From the NCBI GenBank assembly GCA_964022045.1, contig CAXICE010000001.1, positions 1 to 33,914 on the forward strand: a stretch of DNA of 33,914 nt, in the 5' to 3' direction. This DNA comes from an uncultured Polaribacter sp. (GTDB taxonomy: Bacteria; Bacteroidota; Bacteroidia; Flavobacteriales; Flavobacteriaceae). The notes below the pieces were generated by a model. It did not search any database. It was not told the origin of the DNA and saw only the letters and a program-made list of their open reading frames with translations. This document shows, piece by piece, positions 27,426-33,914 of the stretch. The position numbers were made by a program, and so were the translations under genes. The first letter of the stretch is position 1. The number at the start of each line of letters is the position of its first letter.

Positions 27426-27490
27426 AGAGACTGTTCTAGTATTAGATAATTACCCAGTCAGTTTTTTAATTTCTTAACGAATTTTTAACT

Positions 27491-27529
27491 AAATACTGAT
27501 AGTTGCATATGCAACTATCAGTATTTTTG
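27491..27529 (+). promoter_or_regulatory. MarR operator (perfect 36-bp palindrome) overlapping -7 element TATTTTTG
   Basis: AAATACTGATAGTTGCAT|ATGCAACTATCAGTATTT at 27491-27526; TAnnTTTG at 27522-27529; marR ATG at 27534. Confidence 0.85.
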
Positions 27530-27533
27530 CATA

Positions 27534-27992
27534 ATGGAATCTAACAAAATTGATTTTGAAAACTCAATTGGACCTTGGCTAAGCAAAACAGTTAAGATCT
27601 TAGATTTTTTTGTGCAAGAATATTTTAACGAAGCTGAAATAGATTTAACAAAAGAGCAAATGATTGTTTTAAAAAAACTATCATTTGAAGATGGATTAAA
27701 TCAAAACAAATTAGCATTTCTTACATTAAGAAATAAATCTTCACTTACACGATTGCTCTCTAAAATGGAAACTAAAAAATACATAAAAAGAGAACAAGAC
27801 AGCTTAGATAAAAGAATAAAAAGAGTTTTTATAACTGAAACAGGAAAAGAAGTTTTTCAAAAATCAAGACCCGTTGTTAAAAACATTATCAAAAGAATAG
27901 AACAGAACATTTCTGAGAAAGAAAAACAAGAAATGATTAAATTATTAAAGAAAGTTCAATCAAACTTTACTTCAAAAACCGAACCTATATAA
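27534..27992 (+). CDS. MarR family transcriptional regulator
   Basis: LTKEQMIVL, SSLTRLLSKME and wing motif DKRIKRVFITETG. Confidence 0.93.
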   Translation: MESNKIDFENSIGPWLSKTVKILDFFVQEYFNEAEIDLTKEQMIVLKKLSFEDGLNQNKLAFLTLRNKSSLTRLLSKMETKKYIKREQDSLDKRIKRVFITETGKEVFQKSRPVVKNIIKRIEQNISEKEKQEMIKLLKKVQSNFTSKTEPI

Positions 27993-28001
27993 TTATTAAA
28001 A

Positions 28002-29114
28002 ATGAGAAAAATTATACTTTCAATATTAGGCGTATTATTAATTGTTGCAGCTATATTTTTAGCAAAATATATGATTAACAACAAACAAAAACCAAGACCT
28101 AGGTATAACAAAACAATAAAAACAGTTTTTGTAGAAAAAGTAATTAATAAAGAAATTCCGATTGTAATTAAAGCAAGCGGAAACTTAATTGCTAAAAACA
28201 AAATAGAACTATTTTCAGAAGTTCAAGGTGTTTTACACACAGCAAAAAAAGAATTTAAAGCAGGTGTAAATTTTTCAGAAAATGAAACATTATTGAACAT
28301 TAATAGTGATGAATTTTATGCAAGTTTACAATCACAAAAAAGTAATTTAATCAATAGTATTACGGCAATAATGCCAGATATTAGATTAGATTTTCCAAAA
28401 GCATTTACTAAATGGCAAACCTATTTAAATAATTTTGACTTAAATAAAACAACACCAGAGCTGCCAAGTTTTTCTTCGGATAAAGAAAAATATTTTGTGT
28501 CTGGAAAAGGAATAACTACCGGTTATTTTAATATTAAAAACCTAGAAGTTCGTTTAAATAAATATACAATTAAAGCACCTTACAAAGGAGTTTTAACAGA
28601 AACCTTTGTTTCTGAAGGAACGCTTGTAAGAGTAGGACAAAAACTTGGGGAATTTATTGATCCATCAATTTTTGAAATGGAAGTTTCTATTAACGCTGCT
28701 TTTGCAGATTTATTGAAGATTGGAAACACAGTTACGTTAACAAATTTAGAAAGAACTAAAACATATAAAGGAAAAGTAATTCGTGTAAACGGAAAAGTAG
28801 ACCTAGCTTCTCAAACTATAAAAGTGTTTATTGAAGTTGCGCATAAAGATTTAAAAGACGGAATGTATTTAGAGGCAAATTTGGTAGCAAAATCAGAACA
28901 AAATGCAATCGAAATCTCAAGAAAACTATTGATAAATAATACAAGTGTTTACACAGTAAAAGATACAATTTTAAAATTAACAAAAGTAAACCCGGTGTAT
29001 TTTAACGCAGAAACTGTGGTAATAAAAGGATTGCCAAATAACACATCTATTTTATCACAATCTGTTCCTGGATCTTTTGACGGAATGGTTGTTAAAATTC
29101 AAAAAAAGAACTAA
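28002..29114 (+). CDS. RND efflux periplasmic adaptor (MFP)
   Basis: N-terminal TM anchor, ELFSEVQG, IKAPYKG, GTLVRVGQKLG and DGMYL. Confidence 0.9.
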   Translation: MRKIILSILGVLLIVAAIFLAKYMINNKQKPRPRYNKTIKTVFVEKVINKEIPIVIKASGNLIAKNKIELFSEVQGVLHTAKKEFKAGVNFSENETLLNINSDEFYASLQSQKSNLINSITAIMPDIRLDFPKAFTKWQTYLNNFDLNKTTPELPSFSSDKEKYFVSGKGITTGYFNIKNLEVRLNKYTIKAPYKGVLTETFVSEGTLVRVGQKLGEFIDPSIFEMEVSINAAFADLLKIGNTVTLTNLERTKTYKGKVIRVNGKVDLASQTIKVFIEVAHKDLKDGMYLEANLVAKSEQNAIEISRKLLINNTSVYTVKDTILKLTKVNPVYFNAETVVIKGLPNNTSILSQSVPGSFDGMVVKIQKKN

Positions 29115-29117
29115 AAG

Positions 29118-32100
29118 ATGAAAAAAATAATTACATATTTCATCAAATATCCAGTTGCTGTAAACGTCTTTATAATTGCGTTTGTAGCTTTTGGGATTTT
29201 AGGCGCTTTAGGAATGAAATCATCCTTTTTTCCACTGGTTGATTCGCAATTAATTAGTATAAACCTTACTTATCCAGGAGCTTCACCAGAAGAAATTGAA
29301 GAAGGAGTTGTATTAAAAATCGAGGATAATTTAAAAGGAATTGTTGGAGTAGAAAGAGTAACATCTGTTTCTAGAGAAAACTCTGCATCTGTAAATGTAG
29401 AAGTTGTAAAAGGTAAAAATATTGATATTGTTTTATCTGATGTAAAAAATGCCGTTGATAGAGTTCCATCTTTTCCTTCGGGAATGGAGCCTCCAGTTAT
29501 TGCAAAGGTTGAAAGTGTTAGACCAACCATAAGTTTTACGATTAGTGGAGAAGGATTATCATTAAAATCGTTGAAAGATTACGCCAGAACCATAGAAAAT
29601 GATTTAAGAAGTTTAGATGGAATTTCACAAGTTTCTTTATCTGGTTTTCCGGCAGAAGAAATAGACATTTCTGTAAGAGAAAATGATTTAAGAGCCTATA
29701 ACTTATCAATAGCAGAAGTAACAAACGCAGTAAGAAACACCAACCTTTTAATCACAGGAGGAAACATTAAAACAGCTGAAGAAGATTACTTAATTAGAGC
29801 TAGAAATAGATCTTATTACGGTGTAGAATTGCAAAATATTATTGTGAGAACCACAAAAGCTGGAAATATAATTCGATTAAAAGATATTGCAGAGGTTAAA
29901 GACTCTTGGTCAGAATCACCAGATAGAATTTATTATAACGGAGATGTTGCAATTAACGTTACTGTAAGCAATACAAACAACGAAGATTTAGTCTCTTCTG
30001 CAGATCAAATTAAAGATTATATCTATAAATTTAATCAACAAAACAGCAATGTTACGTTAAACATTTCTAGCGATTCTTCAATTACATTAAATCAAAGAAC
30101 TCAACTATTAATAGAAAATGGTGTTGTCGGAATTTTATTAGTATTAGTGTTTTTAGCATTATTCTTAAATGCAAGATTGGCTTTTTGGGTTGCTTTCGGA
30201 TTGCCAATTTCGTTCTTAGGAATGTTTATTTTCGCTGCTCAATTAGGCGTTACAATTAATGTTTTATCACTTTTCGGAATGATTATCGTTATTGGTATTT
30301 TGGTGGATGATGGAATTGTAATTGGAGAGAATATTTACCATCATTATTACGATTTAGGAAAATCTAAAATTCGTGCCGCAATTGACGGAACAATGGAAGT
30401 AATTCCGCCAATTGTTTCAGCAATTTTAACCACAATAATTGCTTTTTCTACTTTCTTTTTTGTGGATGGAAGAATAGGAAGTTTTTTTGGTGAAGTTTCT
30501 ACAATTGTGCTATTAACATTAAGTGTTTCGTTAATTGAAGCCTTAATTATTTTGCCAGCACACATTGCGCATTCTAAGGCACTTTCTAGAAAAAATGAAG
30601 AGTTAGGAATCGTAAAAAAACCAAATAAAATTGATGCCTTTTTTAAGAATATAAACAAAAAAGCAGACAGATTATTAGTTTTTGTTAGAGATACTTATTT
30701 TGTGCCTTTTTTACGTTTTTGTTTGAAATATAAAATGTTAGCATTTGCAATTCCAATTGGATTATTAACATTCAGTTTTGGTGCCATTGGTGGCGGAGTT
30801 GTAAAAACATCTTTTTTTCCTTCTGTAGCTAGTGATAGAATTCAGGTGAATTTAAAAATGCCACAAGGAACAAATGATAAAATTACAGATTCAATTATTT
30901 CTGTAATTGAAGATAAAGTTTGGTTGGTAAGTGATCAGTTTACAGAAAAGCAAACAGGAAAAGAAAGAGTTGTACAAAATGTAATAAAAAGAGTTGGTCC
31001 AGGAACAGCAAATGCAACTTTAACAATCAATCTTTTACCAGGTGAATCGAGAGAGTTTTCATCACCAGAAATTACAAATGTTATTCGAGAAAAAGTTGGA
31101 AAAATTTATAGTGCAGAAAGTTTAACGTTTGGATCTGGTGGGAATTTTGGAGGAAGTCCAGTAGCAGTTTCGTTACTTGGAAATAATATCTCTGAGTTAA
31201 AAGCAGTAAAAAACTTATTAAAAGCAGAGCTAGAAAAAAACAGTTTATTAAAAGACATTTCTGATAATGATCCCGCAGGAATTAAAGAAGTTCGAATCAA
31301 ATTAAAAGACAATGCGTATCTCTTAGGATTGAACTTACAAACTGTAATGAGTCAGGTTCGTTTTTCATTTTTTGGATCGCAAGCACAACGTTTTCAACGT
31401 GGACAAGACGAAATAAAAGTATGGGTTCGTTATAACAAAAAAGACAGATCTTCTATTAAAAACTTAGATGATATGCGTGTTGTAACTCCAACTGGAGATC
31501 GTGTTCCTTTTTCTGAAATAGCAACTTATGAAATTGAACGTGGAGATATCGCCATTAATCATTTAAGCGGAAAAAGAGAAATTCAGATTACTGCAGACAT
31601 GAAAACTCCTGGTGAAAGCGCAACAGATATTTTAGAAGATATTAAAACGCGTATAATGCCAGAAATTGTTTCTACATATACAACAGTAACGCCATTGTAC
31701 GAAGGGCAAAATAGAGAAGCCAAAAAAACAACAGATTCGGTTCAAATAGTTGGACCAATTATTTTAATGTTGATTTATTTAGTAATTGCGTTCACGTTTA
31801 GATCTTACAGTCAACCAATTTTATTGATTTTAATGATTCCTTTTAGTATGATTGGTGTTGTTTGGGGACATTATTTCCATGATTTTTCAATCGGAATTTT
31901 ATCTTGGTTAGGAATTATTGCGTTAATCGGAATTATGGTAAATGATGGACTAGTCCTCATTGGAAAATTCAACACCTATCTTAAAGAAGGTATGAAATAT
32001 GATGAAGCATTAATTCAGGCTGGAAAATCTCGTTTTAGAGCAATCGTTTTAACATCAATAACAACAGTTGCTGGTTTAGCGCCATTATTATTAGAAAAAA

Positions 32101-32315
32101 GTAGACAAGCTCAATTTTTAAAACCAATGGCAATTTCTATTTCTTACGGAATTGCAATTGCAACTGTTTTAACGTTGGTTTTATTACCGTTATTATTATC
32201 GGTTTCTAATCAAATAAAAGTAATTATAAAATGGTTAAAAACAGGAGAAAAAGTAACGCAAGAAGAAGTAGAAAGAGCTATTATAGAATCTAAATTTGTA
32301 CACGATGAAGAATAA
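29118..32315 (+). CDS. RND efflux transporter permease subunit
   Basis: YPGASPEEIE, GILVDDGIVIGEN, GIMVNDGLVL and RFRAIVLTSITT. Confidence 0.95.
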   Translation: MKKIITYFIKYPVAVNVFIIAFVAFGILGALGMKSSFFPLVDSQLISINLTYPGASPEEIEEGVVLKIEDNLKGIVGVERVTSVSRENSASVNVEVVKGKNIDIVLSDVKNAVDRVPSFPSGMEPPVIAKVESVRPTISFTISGEGLSLKSLKDYARTIENDLRSLDGISQVSLSGFPAEEIDISVRENDLRAYNLSIAEVTNAVRNTNLLITGGNIKTAEEDYLIRARNRSYYGVELQNIIVRTTKAGNIIRLKDIAEVKDSWSESPDRIYYNGDVAINVTVSNTNNEDLVSSADQIKDYIYKFNQQNSNVTLNISSDSSITLNQRTQLLIENGVVGILLVLVFLALFLNARLAFWVAFGLPISFLGMFIFAAQLGVTINVLSLFGMIIVIGILVDDGIVIGENIYHHYYDLGKSKIRAAIDGTMEVIPPIVSAILTTIIAFSTFFFVDGRIGSFFGEVSTIVLLTLSVSLIEALIILPAHIAHSKALSRKNEELGIVKKPNKIDAFFKNINKKADRLLVFVRDTYFVPFLRFCLKYKMLAFAIPIGLLTFSFGAIGGGVVKTSFFPSVASDRIQVNLKMPQGTNDKITDSIISVIEDKVWLVSDQFTEKQTGKERVVQNVIKRVGPGTANATLTINLLPGESREFSSPEITNVIREKVGKIYSAESLTFGSGGNFGGSPVAVSLLGNNISELKAVKNLLKAELEKNSLLKDISDNDPAGIKEVRIKLKDNAYLLGLNLQTVMSQVRFSFFGSQAQRFQRGQDEIKVWVRYNKKDRSSIKNLDDMRVVTPTGDRVPFSEIATYEIERGDIAINHLSGKREIQITADMKTPGESATDILEDIKTRIMPEIVSTYTTVTPLYEGQNREAKKTTDSVQIVGPIILMLIYLVIAFTFRSYSQPILLILMIPFSMIGVVWGHYFHDFSIGILSWLGIIALIGIMVNDGLVLIGKFNTYLKEGMKYDEALIQAGKSRFRAIVLTSITTVAGLAPLLLEKSRQAQFLKPMAISISYGIAIATVLTLVLLPLLLSVSNQIKVIIKWLKTGEKVTQEEVERAIIESKFVHDEE

Positions 32316-33621
32316 AACATACATAATAATTTTAGTTCTTTTACTTTCTTTTCAGGCAAAAGCACAGCAAATTTTATCAAAGAAAGAAGCTCTAAAGATT
32401 ACATTAGAGAATAATTACGGAATTAAAATTGCAAAGAACAATATTGCAATTGCAAAGAACAATACATCAATCTTTAATACCAAACAACTGCCAATTGTTT
32501 CTGCATCTTCTGGGGCAAATTACAGAAGCGATAATCAGAAAATTACAAGACAAGATAATTCGGTTACAGAAGTTGATGGAGCGGTTACAAAATCGTACAA
32601 TGCTTCTGTAAATTTAAATTACACAATTTTTGATGGTTTAGGCAGAAAGTACAATTACGAAGTTTTAAAAGAAACCTATAATTTATCAGAAATACAGGCA
32701 AAAGAAACCATTGAAAACACCTATTTACAGTTGTTTACTTTGTATTTTCAAATTGCACGTTTGTCAGAAAACAATAACAATTTAAAAGAAGCTTTAAACA
32801 TTTCTCAACAGCGTTTAAAAAGGGCTAAATACAAACATCAATATGGACAATCTACAAAGCTAGAATTGTTAAATGCCGAGGTTGATGTAAATAATGATAG
32901 TATTGCATTAATCAATTCTAAACAGCAATATTTAAACGCAAAAAGAAGTTTAAATATCATTTTAGGAAAAGAAAAAGGAGTTGATTATGAAGTTGAAACT
33001 GCTGTTACTTTCAATCAAATTTTAAATTTTGATTTGTTATTAAACAAAGCAAAAGCTACTAATGTTTTGCTGAAAAAGACAGAAAAAAACCTTGCAATTA
33101 GTAAGTTTAATATTAAAGTAAACAAAGCAAGTTACTTGCCAAAAGTTGGACTTTCAACTTCTTATGGTTGGAATAAAAGCCAGAATCCGGCAACATCTTT
33201 TTTAGCGCAATCTAGCTCTAATGGTTTAAATGCAGGATTAAATTTAACGTGGAATATTTTTGATGGCGGAAGCACAAAAACACGTGTTGCAAATTCTAAA
33301 ATTGCGGTAGAAAATCAACAAATTTTACTAAAACAACAAGAAGAAACTTTAGCGAATACTTTAAAGAATACTTGGTCTTTGTATAACAACAAATTGTTTG
33401 TTTTAAGAGCACAAGAAAAGAATGTGATTTCTAGTCAAAATAACTTTGATAGAACTAAAGAGCGTTACAATTTAGGACAAGTTACTTCTATCGAATTTAG
33501 GCAAGCACAAATTAATCTGATCAATGCAAAAACCGCCTACAATAACACAAAATATGACGCAAAATTAATTGAGTTAGAATTGTTGCAGTTATCGGGTGAT
33601 TTGTTAAACACCGAGATTTAA
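32305..33621 (+). CDS. TolC family outer membrane efflux protein
   Basis: Signal peptide (AKA-Q), two OEP repeats (YTIFDG / WNIFDG). ATG 32305 preferred over TTG 32296. Confidence 0.92.
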   Translation: MKNKTYIIILVLLLSFQAKAQQILSKKEALKITLENNYGIKIAKNNIAIAKNNTSIFNTKQLPIVSASSGANYRSDNQKITRQDNSVTEVDGAVTKSYNASVNLNYTIFDGLGRKYNYEVLKETYNLSEIQAKETIENTYLQLFTLYFQIARLSENNNNLKEALNISQQRLKRAKYKHQYGQSTKLELLNAEVDVNNDSIALINSKQQYLNAKRSLNIILGKEKGVDYEVETAVTFNQILNFDLLLNKAKATNVLLKKTEKNLAISKFNIKVNKASYLPKVGLSTSYGWNKSQNPATSFLAQSSSNGLNAGLNLTWNIFDGGSTKTRVANSKIAVENQQILLKQQEETLANTLKNTWSLYNNKLFVLRAQEKNVISSQNNFDRTKERYNLGQVTSIEFRQAQINLINAKTAYNNTKYDAKLIELELLQLSGDLLNTEI

Positions 33622-33639
33622 ACGTAATTTAAATTTATA

Positions 33640-33670
33640 AAAAAAGAGCGGATAAAATCCGCTCTTTTTT
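33640..33670. terminator. Bidirectional intrinsic terminator
   Basis: AAAAAAGAGCGGAT-AAA-ATCCGCTCTTTTTT between convergent genes. Confidence 0.92.
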
Positions 33671-33688
33671 ATTTATATAAAGTTTTTC

Positions 33689-33914
33689 CTACTTAAAAGC
33701 ATTCAATCCAGTAACATCCAAACCAGTAATTAATAAGTGAATATCGTGAGTTCCTTCGTAGGTAATTACACTTTCTAAATTCATAGAATGACGCATAATT
33801 GAGTATTCTCCAGAAATTCCCATTCCACCCAACATTTGTCTTGCTTCTCTGGCGATATTTATTGCCATATCTACATTATTTCTTTTCGCCATAGAAATTT
33901 GAGCAGAAGTTGCT
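33689..33914 (-). CDS. Acyl-CoA dehydrogenase (glutaryl-CoA dehydrogenase-like), C-terminal fragment truncated by window edge
   Basis: [18 protein letters not shown] and [15 protein letters not shown]. Frame is open to the window end. Confidence 0.88.
   Translation of the reverse strand, partial: ATSAQISMAKRNNVDMAINIAREARQMLGGMGISGEYSIMRHSMNLESVITYEGTHDIHLLITGLDVTGLNAFK

Noticed and set aside
27428-27468. GACTG...CAGTC followed by a T-run after DUF2892
   Set aside because: Only a 5-bp stem with a long loop, too weak to call a terminator.
4019-32304. Extended N-termini in the ORF track (4019, 6505, 8702, 17435, 17868, 23695, 26891, 32296)
   Set aside because: These starts fall inside promoter elements, operators, repeats or upstream genes. 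Downstream ATGs give proper signal peptides or domain starts.
32427-32464. 17-bp direct repeat AATTGCAAAGAACAATA with 21-nt period
   Set aside because: It encodes an in-frame heptad (IAKNNIA-IAKNN) of the TolC coiled coil. Two copies only, not a CRISPR array or att site.
1799-32611. Short ORF-track entries nested in or antisense to long genes (1799, 4599, 10183, 14285, 15366, 19237, 19796, 20097, 22999, 25952, 26956, 27956, 29270, 29542, 30347, 31106, 32429)
   Set aside because: They overlap well-supported CDSs, have no recognisable motifs and look like shadow frames.
16789-33621. Accessory block as a mobile genomic island
   Set aside because: No integrase, transposase, tRNA or flanking direct repeats were seen, and base composition looks similar to the housekeeping half.

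Overview
Low-GC bacterial chromosomal window from a Flavobacteriaceae-like member of Bacteroidota (TAnnTTTG promoter elements, porZ, several TonB-dependent receptors, AT-rich leaders without Shine-Dalgarno sequences). The left half (1-16.7 kb) is mostly housekeeping: a partial TBDR, holB, pgk, an aldo/keto reductase, trpS, a plsC-like acyltransferase, hemolysin III, CYTH, porZ-recO-TBDR, SdpI-like, tesB and a GNAT-like gene. It also holds an orphan promoter-to-terminator unit at about 8.05-8.16 kb that looks like an unannotated sRNA. The right half (16.8-33.6 kb) is a redox/metal accessory block: a Cys-cluster Crp/Fnr regulator, a cytochrome c lipoprotein and thioredoxin, an unannotated 42-aa membrane protein, an OprC-like copper TBDR preceded by a Cys-rich ORF ending in FHPP (candidate ribosome-arrest leader), a TolC-MFP-RND-PII-like-DUF2892 operon, and a MarR-MFP-RND-TolC operon with a perfect 36-bp operator palindrome. 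Four promoters in this block carry Crp/Fnr-type boxes of two types (GTAAC-N4-GTTAC and ATGAT-N4-ATCAT) at nearly identical distance from the -7 element. No rRNA, tRNA, CRISPR array or transposase was recognised. All calls come from reading the sequence; no database searches were run.
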